A stretch of DNA of 63,787 bases, filler included, from Collodictyon triciliatum (lineage: Eukaryota), in the NCBI GenBank assembly GCA_043381765.1. It is 15 parts of 15 records of this genome, joined end to end, with 100 filler letters (N's around TTAATTAATTAA, not from the genome) between each part and the next. Parts side by side here need not be neighbours in the genome. Positions count along the whole stretch, not along the records: positions 25,047 to 29,383 come from JBHJMP010006219.1; positions 29,484 to 33,820 come from JBHJMP010006220.1; positions 33,921 to 38,255 come from JBHJMP010006221.1; positions 38,356 to 42,690 come from JBHJMP010006222.1; 11 more parts are not named here. The stretch is one strand, 5' to 3'. Positions 25,104 through 38,530 of the stretch are shown here, piece after piece (positions within the stretch are counted from its first letter, which is position 1; the number at the start of each line of letters is the position of its first letter). Under the pieces are notes generated by a model. That model saw only the letters and a program-made list of their open reading frames with translations. It had not been told where the DNA came from and did not search any database. The position numbers were made by a program, and so were the translations under genes.

Positions 25104-28100
25104 GATGGATTCACTTTCATGGAGCTTCTTGTTGGATGTCGTAAGATCTACCACCGGGACGCTCATTTTGCTGACTGGCCATCCATTTCATGAGGGCACT
25201 CACCCACCAGAATACATCCAACTGTCCTCAAAAGCATCTATAACTACAATCCTTACCCTTTCTCTTCTTAATCGGGAAGCCACTTGTAGTTTGGCCAAAG
25301 ATTGTTTAAATGTTGATGTAATTCCAAAAGAACTCGATTCTTTGATCTATGAAAGGACAAACGGAAATCCACTCTTCGTTCAAGGTCGGTATTTTGAAAA
25401 AGTATCCCATGATTTATCAAAGGACACAGTTGTTCCCTTTTCTGGGCATGGATACACATTTTCTATTATTTTCTTTACGAGTACTAAGCCTTCGGAATGA
25501 CTCTGTCTGTTCACCTGTAGAGCTATGCTACTCTTTGGTTTTCAACAAAACTGTGACCATTGAGAACAGAAAATGTTTCATTCCAGCTCAAGTTAAGATT
25601 GAAGATCTTTCACTCCCAAACAGCATCGAAGGAATGGTTAGTAAAAATATAAGCTTTCTCTCATTGTTTTTGTTTTTATCTTTTTCATCAGTTGTGCCAG
25701 TGAAACAGTCTCACAAACGCTCTAGAAACAAAAATAAGTAAATTTGCCTATGAATCTTATTCCCATTTAAATTAGTTTGCATTTTATGGTGCTCACATTT
25801 ACACGCCCTGATTATTTTATATAGATAATACAACGCATCGATCAACTTCCCGGACCAGCCAGTACAATTCTCAAAGTAGCAAGGTCTGAACATAGAAAAA
25901 GAGGATACAAAGACACTTTTTCTATCACATTCTCTTGAAAATGCTCGATTCATATGACAACCGGATAAATCGATATTTGCGCTTTAACATACCTTTCTTC
26001 GATATGCGAAATATCTAGTGTCCTTGGCAAATCATTTGATATTGATGAGCTCGAGGTTGTCATTCCGGCATCTATAGACAAAGATGGGGTTACACAAAGG
26101 CTGACAGAATGTGTACAACACAAACTGTTGACAACTTCCCTACAAACCCCAAATATCTACACTTTCCGAATGAATGTTATACAAGAAGTTGCCTGTAATA
26201 ATCCTATATCATAACATATCATTTCATTTCATTATGTATTATTATCATACCTATTTCTGTATAATTTAAATCATAAATACAAAATTTTCCCCCATCATTC
26301 GATTCTAATTTTTGGCATAAAAATGTATGCTTTAAATCAGATTTCTGAATTATAATTCCCCCCTATTTGGAGCTAACGAAACCACAATATATCACAATTC
26401 AGATGGTCTACTACTATTTGCTCAAAAAATGATAGTACACAAGAAATATGCTGAATTACTCGAATCCAAACACAAAGACAATCTACCACTTAACGCTTCT
26501 AGACTAGCATATCATTACTCCCGCTCTGAAAACGTAGACAAATCAATAGGTCCTTATTCATTTTAGAGTCAAACCTGTCGAACATAGTATTTAGCTGCTA
26601 CATTCCAATGAGCTCAAACATCTACTTTATTTTATTTTATTTTAAGAAAAAACTTAAAATTAGTAAAGACTATTTTATTTTGAAAAGATTATCAGCTAAT
26701 ATTTTTTGGTAGAATTTTACCATTTGGCTGCCTTTCAAGCCATGAAAACATCAAGTTATAAAGAAGTTATCGATGTAAAGTTGCTATATATTTAAACTAT
26801 ACTATCATACTTTTGCCCATGTGATTTCAGTTGGCATGTTATATATCGTGTTTTTAATATTTTGGCAATCCTGCGTTATCATTCATAAATATTTAATCAA
26901 TTTAAAGAATATTCAAGAATGCATCGACCTTGCGTCACAAAACTCTGTTGCATTACCTCTCCACCTCAAGGTGAAATGGAATTATATGCTGGGCGAGTCT
27001 CTTTTCCTTCTCGGTATGGGATACGATGCAGCTTCGTGAGTTTCCATCATCAAATATATATGATATCATGAATAAATGGCTTTCCCTGTCCAGTCCCTCT
27101 ATAATTTCAATCATTTTCATGTATTTTTTTTCATTCAACTTTCCATTCAACCTATCAATATGTTGCCAATATGTTTCGTATGTTTTTTTTTATTTCTCGT
27201 ATTAAACCCTAGTCGCTTCAATAATGTTGTGGCTGATGCCGATTTTGCTCAGCCTGAGACACGTATTTCTTTTTGGAGAACGATTCTGTATGACATGACA
27301 CATGAGTACTGGAAACACTTCTGTTCATGCACAGCCGAAGATGAGTTTGTCGAATCTCTAGCGGAAGATGGAATCCCAATTATCCCCAGAATTGAAATCG
27401 ACCAAATTGACGGATCAAGCCTTATTATGGACCCAGCCGATGGGAACGAATCTGTTATTTTTCGGATCCTACGCAATCACACAGACAATTTGACCGAGCG
27501 AGACCGAAATTACATCCTTGCAGTCACATTTGAGAGGTTATCCATATATTCTTTGTGGGACGGTGATCGCCGAAAAGTTATCTACTTTAACATTAAGTCT
27601 CTAATGTTTGCTGAAAAATCTGTTGTTGGCCCCATCCTTATCAAAGCATATGGGAATATCGCCCTAATGTCCGCCATCAAGGGAATCGAGCGGAGCACTT
27701 TGTATGTTTCTTTTTTTTTTTCTATCGATTCAAATGAAACGTGTTAATACTATATTGCACATGTTCGTTCTCCCAAAGTTTACTGTGGCATACTAATATA
27801 ATGTGTCTGATGATAAACATGGCTGAAACAAATTAAGAAAAGAATAATATATATATATATAATCATGGTTTTTTTTCAGTATATATGATTATATAATTTA
27901 TTACCAAAGTTGTTTAACCAGAACTTTGGATTTAAATCAAACAAAAACGAAATAAAATAGGAAATTCATCAAATTGATTGATACATTACTTCGCAACCCA
28001 GAGACGAAAAAAAAGTATGCCCTATAGTTTGAATTACAGTGTAGATAATTATTTCTCGATCTTTTTTGTTTTGTTTTGTTTTAATTGTTTTCTTTTCTTT

Positions 28101-28170
28101 TCTTTTCTTTTCTTTTCTTTTCTTTTCTTTTCTTTTCTTTTCTTTTCTTTTCTTTTCTTTTCTTTTCTTT

Positions 28171-28262
<92 letters not shown>

Positions 28263-29258
28263 TTTTATAAGATTGAATATCTTGTAATCGATTAGGTACT
28301 TTGAACATAATAAGGTTACAATCACATCCAAAATAACACAAACCACACTAGCAAATGATTCGATATTGACCAGTTATATGTTTCAAGGGTGTTCGACGGC
28401 ATACCGGCTGCCAGCAGGAGTGTTGCCCTAGCCTTAATCTCCTTGGGTGACTTCAATGGGGCATCTTCTTATCTATTGAATGGTTTGGATGCAGCGGTAT
28501 CGACAAACGATTTCAGAATCCAGGTCGGAATTTAATTTATGGAGTTACTTTATTAACAAATGTTACGTCCTCTCTTTGTCTCAACTTGCTCTATTTTGTC
28601 TTTTCTTGTTTTGTCTTTTTCCTTTTGCGTTTTGTATACGTTGTTGTTCATTAATACCGTTGGCCATAGGGGTCATCATGTTATCTTATTCATATCGTAA
28701 TTTTGCATGTCATAGTTGTATCTTAATCGATGAAAGCGTCATATTTATTACACGCAGCACATGTCAACTCATGACTTTTCTTTGTAGTCTGAAATAGTTT
28801 CAGCGTTGGCATATGTCTGTTTTTTGAAGGGTGGGATTGTACAAGCTGTATCTTATATGAACCGTTTGGCACATATTTCATACATTCGTGGAGACCCGCA
28901 GTCAAAATGCTGGTCCCACACAATCTTGGCAGAGCTTTATCTTCGGTATAATTATGGAAACCGAAAAGCGACAATACGCCGGTAAGTGCGACATACCTTA
29001 ATCTCTTTATTTTCGTGCTCCTGCTTCTGAATCTGATTTTATCAAACAGTATGATTTATATCTCGAATCTGTTAGTTTTGCCGGGATTAGACATTCAGGA
29101 GAAAAATATATAATTTGAATTATACATATAATAATGTTAGGTTACGTGACAATCATGGGTTCCTAAAATCTCTAGATAGTAAAGCGCAAGTTCTTGACCA
29201 ACTAATTACACTATCTATGCTGTCTATCTTTCTGAAAGATATAGAGATGACCAAACAG
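25104..29258 (+). CDS. ADCY10 (soluble adenylyl cyclase)-like protein: STAND NTPase C-terminal part plus TPR-like region (both ends missing)
   Basis: (W)MDSLSWSFL, LIYERTNGNPLFVQ|ELC, LSLPNSIEGM|IITTRIDQL...ILKVA|SVLGKSF, YTFRMNVIQEVA|YGLLLFAQ...HKKYAELLE, RLAYHY. This is the canonical motif series of class III cyclase-AAA-TPR proteins. The cyclase domains are not in this contig. Confidence 0.75.
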
Positions 29259-29287
29259 GTTAAACCAACCCCCTTGATAATAAATGA

Positions 29288-29383
<96 letters not shown>

Positions 29384-29756
29384 NNNNNNNNNNNNNNNNN
29401 NNNNNNNNNNNNNNNNNNNNNNNNNNNTTAATTAATTAANNNNNNNNNNNNNNNNNNNNNNNNNNNNNNNNNNNNNNNNNNNNGTTTTTTTTTGTTTTTG
29501 TTTTTTGTTTTTTATGTTTTTTTCATGTTTTTATGTCTTTTTATGTTTTGTTGTTTTGTTGTTTTGTTGTTTTGTTGTTTTGTTGTTTTGTTGTTTTGTT
29601 GTTTTGTTGTTTTTATGGTTCGACACTGTCACAAATTTCATTTCTAAAGGAGAGTCCATTCCACTTTATCTAATCTTGCAATATTATTTTAAAGAAAAAC
29701 AAACAAACAAAAAAAAGAGCACAAAGCCTATTTTTTTTCTTGACAAAGGTTCTGGG

Positions 29757-32700
29757 ATGAGGGCCTCTGAAAAACGTCGCTCTGTCCGGCCGTCGCTATC
29801 CTTTGCCAACTCCGCCTTTGGAGCCTCTTTCTCTGTTGTTGTTTTCCTCTTGTTATTCACAGTACCAACTTCCGAAGCTGCTTGTCCTGTGGCTGCAAAC
29901 TCATGCTCGCAAAGTAAGTTCACTTGCGCTTTCGCATCCAACTATAAGTATGATTCCCACAAAAGCAATGAAATCGGAATGGGGGAATACTATATGTTTT
30001 ATTATGCTTTTTTCGCGTGTATGCAAACTGAAAAGTGTACTTGTGATATGGGACTGAGCACTTGTTATCACAGAGGACTGCACCTCCGTTGCCAAACAGG
30101 CTTTTGAAGTCGGTGAGAAACTCGCCGCGCAAGGAAGTCTTCAGGATGCCGTAGATTGCTACTCCGTATCACTCGGTTTGGTCTTCACACAATATCATAC
30201 AATCGAAAGAAGCATTTTCCTCGGGTCCACTATATCCGTTTTAATTGCAACATCAGCTTTGAGAAAGGCGTTGTTTACTAAAGACTCCTTTTTTAAAATA
30301 ATAATAATAATATCAGAGCTGAAGTCAGACGATTACATGACCCTCTTCAAAAGATCCGTGACGAGTATGCGCATGAACAGACTCAAGTCAAGCTTGTCTG
30401 ACTTGGACCGGATTATTTCTCTTAAACCTGATTTTACATCTGTATGTGACTGATAATGCCATAATCATCCCAGTTGTATTATTATTATTAGTATTATTAT
30501 TGGTGTTATTATTGGTATTATTATTGGTATTATTATTATTAGTATTATTAGTATTATTAGTATTATTAGTATTATTAGTATTATTAGTATTATTATTAGT
30601 ATTATTAGTATTATTAGTATTATTGAGTTGTTTTATTAATATGTGATATCATTGAAACTCATATATTATCTATCTAATTCGCTCTGTTTATGAGATGACG
30701 CTAAAAAAATTGTGCACAAAACAGGCGTATATTTATCGAGGTCGTCTTTTGCTCCAGTTCGGTCGCTTTGACGATGCTGAACATGATTTTCGAGCTGTTT
30801 TAAAGTCGCAGCCAACCAATGATGAAGCCAAACAGAAAGTGAGACTAATAAATTTCAGTATTTGATAAAATATTACCAGCTTCATCACAATTTTCATTTC
30901 CCTTTTTCTTTTTTTTTTCTTCAGTTTCATTCCAGAATGAAAGAATTAATGATTATGTCTCTTAACTTTTCTGGCGGGGATTCTGGCTAGATCCATGATG
31001 CACACAATTTGAAATTGGGTATGAACCAAGCCCAAAATGCATACAAGCGAGGAGATTGGGGGCATCTCAAAGAACTTGCCACAAACATCATCGACCACGC
31101 TCCATTCTCTGTAGAGGCCAAGCTTTTGCGTATGCGAGCGCACAGCAACATGAACATGCTTAATGAAGTTGCCGGCGATGCTGCGTACATAATTTTATTA
31201 ATTTTCATTCTCTGCATATTTCTTTCATCATTTATCATTCAAATTTGTGTATCATAAATTATCTTCAATACCACTCATCCAGCCCTTTTCTTTTTTTTCT
31301 CTTTTCTCTTTTCTTTTTTCTTTTTTCTTTTTTCTTTTTTCTTTTTTCTTTTTTCTTTTTTCCTTTTTTCTTTTTTCCTTTTTTCCTTTTTTCTTTTTTT
31401 CTTTTTTTCTTTTTTTCTTTTTTTCTTTTTTTCTTTTTTTCTTATTTCTTTTTCCGACTCATTCATCAGTTCGATTGTGAAGCTTGATTCCTCCAATGTC
31501 GAGGCTGTTATCCAGGGCGCAAATGCATTTTACTCTATGAATGACCATGAATCTGCCCTCAAGTATAAATATTTTGTTAAATGTTAATTGATTTTCTCTG
31601 GTATGACATATCCCTTTTGCTAAATTAAAAAAAAAAAAAAACGACGGCTTATAAAGGGTCCTCAAAGATGGACTGCAATCAGACCCGGAACAAAAGGAAA
31701 TCAAAGCCTTCCATAAGGTCTGGTCGCACACGAATACTCACACACCTAATTCGCTGCATATATGAGAGGAGAGATACTGTTCGTGGATTCCTAGATATGT
31801 TAAAAAATTAGATTATCTTACGATTCCACTATGATTCTACAGAAAATCAGGAATATCCAGAAATACACAGAAAAAGGTAATGAAGCTTTGGAGAAGTCCA
31901 AGTGGAAAGATGCAGTTGATTTCTTCAATAAAGTCATTGAGGTGAGATACATATATCCATGTTGCCTTCTCACCCAAATAACCCAATCAACGAGTGGGTA
32001 TTTCAGAGGTGCCTCGAATAACCTCCCTTGTTTATTCAATGCCCCAGATCGACCCCAATCAGCGCCAGTACAACGCGGCCATTTCCGGAAAGAAGTGCCA
32101 GGCATTTATTCAGGTGACCACACTCCCTGATGCATATCTTGAGATCATAAAATATTATTGTTATTTTTCAAAATAATGGATAAATGATAGATAGATGATA
32201 GATAGATGAGAAATTCGCGTCAGGATGAAACTAATTGCAAAACAACTTATTCTATGGGCAAAAATATAATGAAAAATATAGATGAAAAAAGGAAAAGAGG
32301 CTTTGGAGTCATGCAACGCCTGTCTGGACGTTGAAACTGAAAACTACGACTCGATTGTCAACCGCGCAGAGGCACATGTTCTGCTGAAGGACTATGAGTC
32401 TGCCGTTCGAGATTTTGAACGGGCACGACAAAAGAATTCTGGCGACCATCGTGTATTGCAGGTAAGCTTTATCCCGTATGAAGGATTATCAACATTCAAT
32501 TCATTTGTTCAATCGGATGGTCAATTTTTACATGCACATATTTATTGTCGTCATCAGTTGATTTTAGTATACTTTAATTAAGTATAAAGTCACTGAATTC
32601 ACAGCACGCTAACGCAAAGACATATGAATCCGTGTGGAACTTTGCAGGGTTTGCAGAACGCGCAGCGCCAGCTGAAAATCAGTAAACGCAAAGACTGGTA

Positions 32701-33730
32701 CAAGGTAAACATGCCAATATATCATTTGTAAGCATGCATAATATAATCTGTGCAGCCACACAATATCATCTCCGAGGAAATAGTCAATCGAATTCAATCC
32801 AACAATTCGGCTCAGTAATCATTTGTGCACCGCCTTGTTTGTTTCTACCGTCTCATAAATCCATTATTACGCATCTACTATGATGGTTGAAAATAACATA
32901 TACCAGAATAAAAGAGAAAATAAGAAATTTATACTGGCACTATCTACTAATCTACAGTCTCATCATAGTCTTCAAATTCAACTTTGTCTTTTTTCTTCTT
33001 TTTTTTTTTTAACATCACTAGATTCTCGGTGTCTCCAACCAAGCATCAGAAAAGGAAATTAAAAAGGCGTATTATCGCCTGGCAAAAGACCAGCATCCCG
33101 ACAAGCATCCAAACACACCGGAGGAGCCCGACCGCAATGAAAAGGCGCAGGCGAGTTTCAGAGACATCCAAGAGGCCTACGAGACGCTTTCGGACGCTGG
33201 TTTGTTGCTCTTCTTTCTCCTTTTTTTTTCTTCTTTTTTTCTTTTCTTCTTTTTCTTTTCTTTTTTTCTTGTGATGTGCACACAATCGCGGTTGTCTTCA
33301 TTGGGGGCAAATATATGTCCGCCTCATAGAGAACTCTGCATCTGTATCGCGATAATGATGAAACGTTTCATTCATTTACATTCGCGGTGGATGTGATACC
33401 ATTCATCTGAGCATTGTTTATCTTAAATTCCTTGCACCAATCACGCAGAGAAACGAGCGAGTTTTGACCGTGGAGATGATTTGAATGAGACACCCCGCGT
33501 AATGATGAAAAATCTAATTATAATTATTATTTTGTTTTTGTTCGTGTTTGTGTTAGAGTGACAACATAGTTTTCCTATGAATTAAACTGCTGTTGTGTTA
33601 CTGCATCTCATTCATTCACTTTCTCACTTTATCTTTGCAGGGCCAACCTGGATTCCACCAAAACTTTCATCAGGGTTTCCATCAGGGATTCCACGGATTC
33701 CCTGGCAACGTCCGTTTCGAGTTCGGCTGA
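29757..33730 (+). CDS. DNAJC3: DnaJ homolog subfamily C member 3 (P58IPK): signal peptide + TPRs + J domain, multi-exon
   Basis: Hydrophobic signal segment and TPR exons (DYMTLFKRS...[45 protein letters not shown]), then [15 protein letters not shown]...[17 protein letters not shown]...[25 protein letters not shown], and a Gly/Phe-rich end ...VRFEFG*. Confidence 0.93.
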
Positions 33731-34863
33731 TGAGTCAACACAATCACAACAGAGCAGCTTTTTTTTCGTTTTTTTTTTTTTTTTTTGTTTTTGGTTGTTC
33801 GTTTTTTTTTCTTTTTTTTTNNNNNNNNNNNNNNNNNNNNNNNNNNNNNNNNNNNNNNNNNNNNTTAATTAATTAANNNNNNNNNNNNNNNNNNNNNNNN
33901 NNNNNNNNNNNNNNNNNNNNGCTTGAGTGTGTATTTCTGTTTCTTAAATACATATGATCTGAAACTGTTCCTTTCAATGCTTTTCTTATTCGAACATTTG
34001 TTTTGATAGAACTATTCTTTATATTATTCTTGTTTGATACCACCATAAATACTTTGCTTGGCCGGTTTTACTTCTCTTTGTGTTTATGCAAATCCAGTAA
34101 GTTTAAGTCAGTTTGAATTATTCACTTTTTTATTATTATTTATGCATATATAATAATTTTACATATTTTTTTGTTTGTTTTCGCCTAAGTAGCTAACAAG
34201 TATGCGAACAGATGGAAGAGCTGAATGTGGAGTCGCATCACTCACAAATGTGCCAGTGATGTGAATAAATAGAGACCTTACAAACAGAATAAGCACAGCG
34301 TCATGCTAAATTACTTCATATTCTCTGCTGCAACAACAGGTAGAAATATCGCCTATGCTTACACGCTCTGAAGCTTTATGAACACGTTTGCTAAAAATCT
34401 TTAAATACATACATATAAAAACGCAACTTAATATTTTACAAAAAAATATTACATTAATAGTTGAAAAACACTGCCGGTGCCTTACAGGCTCAAAGAAAGT
34501 AGTAAAGTTGAACAGGCCACGCAAAGCCTACATCTTGAAGAAATTACAATAAAATATATTTCATAAAAAAAATATAGATTATCATATTGAGAGCAAGTGA
34601 CACACGCACAAGAGTTGAATACTGTCCACACAGGTTGTGTAAATTATGATTTCTTACATATAATTTAATAATAAAAAATAGCAAAATCTTCCAAGAACAC
34701 AATATATGCAAACAAAATCAACATACCTTACAATATTTTTGCATACGACGGAATGTGTGCCTTTCGCTCATAATACACAGAACAGTGTACTGCAAATAGT
34801 AATACTTTTAATAATTTTATATCCTTCGTTCAATTCAAAGTAAGTTTTTTTTTCATTTTTCTA

Positions 34864-35061
34864 CAGTCCGCCGTTGTTGTATGCATCTTGTTTGAACGCA
34901 TGAACACGTCGAATTCGGGTTTAGGTCAGCTTGGTACGGAAGCTGGATTCTTGCTTAATCACTATGCATCCGAGAGTGTTGAGAAATATTGCAACTCTAA
35001 ACGGCTGCAACTACCAAGACCCTGACCTGGATTCTATCTGAGGCCAAACTTTCCCCCGAAG
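34864..35061 (+). repeat. Copy A of a diverged ~200-nt inverted pair
   Basis: Collinear with the reverse complement of 36985-37183. Exact shared blocks: TTGTATGC, CAACTCTAAA, GGCTGCAACTA, CCCTGACCTGGATTC. Confidence 0.8.
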
Positions 35062-36119
35062 CATCATATTGTCTTATTTATTGATTCAAGATATATCGTA
35101 GCACACTGGAGATAATCTGAAGTGCAGATATTTCAATTATGTCTCATTTTTTTTTGGAGTCAAAGATAAATAGATATTTTTCCTAACCAAGTGAATTACG
35201 TTCCCGTTTGAAACTATGAATGCTATTTTTCAAACTATTTCATGAGCGTGCATAGAGCTTTATCGGTGATGTAAGTTAAGTGCATGTTACAGACTGGCTC
35301 GTCTTTTGGCTTTTCGAGTGGGTCAAAGGCACAGTGCTTCAAGGATTCCAGATGTTGAATTGTATGATTTAATATTAACCAAACATATACATATCAAATC
35401 ATAAAAATATATGACATGCAAATGATAAAATACAATTTTAATGATATTTTTTTATTGAACGTCGGTGACATTTACAAAATAGACGTCTACTTATAGATTT
35501 TTAGCCTTTCATTAAATAATTGTACTTGCATACCTAAACTTTCCTTGAATATTTGGCCCATTTGTTGTTTATTTGTAGTTTGTGTGGATCTAAATGTTTG
35601 TCATTCATGAAATATTTTTCACATGTAAAAAAAAAAAAGAGTCACGCATAAACCTTTTTTAAAAAAAAAAGAATTATGATATACATACCTGATTGATTTT
35701 ACCTCAACAAAATTATGCATCCCGCCAACTGGCGTTATGAACGATAAAGCTCTTGTATTTTTAAGGCAGATTATTAAATTAGCACAATGTAATTGTTGAT
35801 TAGATGATTTGCCTATTTTGTGGCGTATACAATCACTTTCTTCACAATGGGCACTTTTTAATGCAGGTTCAGGGCGAAATGGTCAAAAAACAGTTCAACA
35901 TGAACCCTCATTTGATTGCGTAGTTTTCTCTTCTTTTTTTTTTGTACAACTCCAAATTCGAGTACCAGGAATGGAAAAAACATATAATAAATTTACATAT
36001 AATAACAACATATAATGATAAACAGTCGATAAAATTATAGATTATTAATATATTATTCATTAATTGTGCATTAAATATGCATAAGCTAGTAAAACATAAT
36101 TTGAATAATCAATTCATAT

Positions 36120-36580
36120 AAACTTAGACAGAAGCACGGTTGTCATCATTTAATTCAGTATGCATTTTGCCATGCCCCGTAAAGATATCGCCCTTTCTCA
36201 ACGCAGACGAGACACTTATTTTTGGCATAATTATGAATGCTTCTTTCCTTGCATCGGATAACATATGAACCTTTATGTGACCTTACCATAGGTGTCTTTA
36301 CCTGATTTTATATCCTGTAAACGCGAATCAATCACATTATATAAGATATTCATTGCTTTTTTTTCGTTCATATAAATTACCTCGGTACACACTTTGCATC
36401 CAAACGCCTGACTTTCATTTGAATTGCTGACGGCTGACATGATACAACCAAAGCAAAAATGATTTTTGACCCGGTGGAACTGCAAACTGTTGTATTAAGT
36501 GACACATATGCCGCAAACACTTTTTCTAAAGCATGCGTTGATTTCGACCTCTGTCACCTTTTTTATGTTCTCATCCTATT
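36120..36580 (-). pseudogene. Degenerate RING / B-box-like zinc-finger remnant
   Basis: SVCGICVT*YNSLQFHRVKNHFCFGCI...FGCKVC has RING-like spacing with an in-frame TAA. It is followed by RCKERSIHNYAKNKCLVC. Confidence 0.4.
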
Positions 36581-36984
36581 TATTCAAAAGGCTTAGATTT
36601 GCACAGATATTTACAAGAAATTACGCCAAGTAAAAATAAAAATCAAATAGATGTCATAATCCTTTCTGGGCTTTTCGTCCATCCTTTCTTCGTGCGCAAA
36701 AATCTTATCTTGGTCAGTTGCCTTTTTGTCTGGGATATGAACTATTAATCAAAACAATGCAAAATATGTAATATCTCATAAATGAATGATAAATGATGAT
36801 AATTTTACCCCTCAGCGATGTGTTCTCATGATAACATGGCTTAGAAATCGCGCAGATGCCTTTTCGATATTCAACTCTTACTCTGTACTGCTGACCTCAA
36901 ATGCACGATTCATCATCCAATAAGATGCTAAATCTGCCCTTATATTCACTTTAACACAAAGTAATATAATTTGCGTTCATTCAC

Positions 36985-37183
36985 CTTCAGGGGAAATTGA
37001 CCTTGAGTCGAATCCAGGTCAGGGCCCCTGTTAGTTGCAGCCCTTTAGAGTTGTAACTATCCTCGGCCTTCATACATGCATCTTGATGAGCCACAAATTC
37101 AGTTTCCATACCAGGCCAACCTGCAGCCGAATCCGACTCGCGTCACTGCTTTCAACCAAGGCGCATACAATTGCGTCAGACTG
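36985..37183 (-). repeat. Copy B of a diverged ~200-nt inverted pair
   Basis: See copy A. On the minus strand it is bounded by (T)nCAG and AAG|GTGAAT, resembling splice sites. Confidence 0.8.
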
Positions 37184-38530
37184 AAAAAAAAAAACTTAAC
37201 TCCTTCCTTCCCTTGAATCAAATAAAGGGAAAAATAAGACAATACGAGCGAATGATTGTGTTTGAATTAAATGCCACAGAATTCACTCCAAAACATAACA
37301 CGCAGCTTACGAAAAATTCTCTAGTCTCACATAAATCAAAAAAAAAGCACAGAGGTCACCCAACATCAATATTATCACATATCTGCATTTTCTACGCATA
37401 ACGCAGCAAATCCTAAAGCTATTTATGGTTTTTCAAGACTTAAGCTCAAGTTTAGTGTCCATGAATCGTATTTGCTCATCCACAGAACGAGAACAGTAAT
37501 AGCACACATGAAGAACAGCAGATGGTGTAAAAACAGTTCGCAATAGCCTCAGCTACACATATACCTGTATTAATGTGCAAATAAAATGCCTTTTTTTTTT
37601 TTACACAGACCGGAAGTAGTTGCTGTGTCTGATAAAAGACCTATTGCGTTTGCATGCTATAAAGACCATCAAACGAAGCTTTGCGCTGACTGTTTGAAAC
37701 TTTTCACAATTATCGGACGTAAAAGGATTTCAGAAAAAAATGTATAACCACACGCTCTCGGTTACTTTTGGTAGCCAAGAGTGTTTGGATGTGACAGACT
37801 CTGGTAACCAAATAACGCAAAAGCTTAACAAAACAGGTTCAGTTTATTTGCGCCAAGAAAGGTAAAGGCAAAATCAGCGACTCCATAGACTTGCTTGTTG
37901 ATTTTGTGTGTGTCAAAAAAGAGTAAAGGCTCCTAGTTCGATACGCTGATTACGAGTTTATCGGCATATTCTAAAAGTACGACATTTATGAAGGCGTCAT
38001 CGGACTGGAACATCCAACAAGATTCGAAGCCTGGAGGCATATATTCCGAGCCTCATATGGTATTATGGTGTTTGTGAAAACAAAAGTGAGATAATACTTC
38101 CTTAAGTTTCATAATGCATTTCAACACAAGATTATCCTGGAAGGTTGTCATGGGTGCCTACTTCGGAAATAACAGTATATTATTGTATTATGCATCACAA
38201 ATTCTTGGCACATATATGTTGCTTCTTTCATCTCTTATTTAAAACACTTATTTGTNNNNNNNNNNNNNNNNNNNNNNNNNNNNNNNNNNNNNNNNNNNNT
38301 TAATTAATTAANNNNNNNNNNNNNNNNNNNNNNNNNNNNNNNNNNNNNNNNNNNNATTATTATTACTATTATTATTACTATTACTATTACTATTACTATT
38401 ACTATTACTATTACTATTACTATTACTATTACTATTACTATTACTATTACTTTTACTGTTACTGTTATTATTATCGATTATGGCCAATTGATTAGGTCAT
38501 TTTCCAACTGATATATCTTTTGCGTAATAG

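Noticed and set aside
33355-33410. Intronic box C/D snoRNA candidate (ATGATGA...CTGA) in DNAJC3
   Set aside because: Short, with no clear terminal stem or C'/D' boxes, and only about 8 nt of plausible rRNA complementarity; expected by chance in AT-rich introns.
36987-37030. 2A-like peptide (GEIDLESNPGQGP)
   Set aside because: It lacks the required NPG-P junction, is followed quickly by a stop, and the paralogous copy has a stop at this position.
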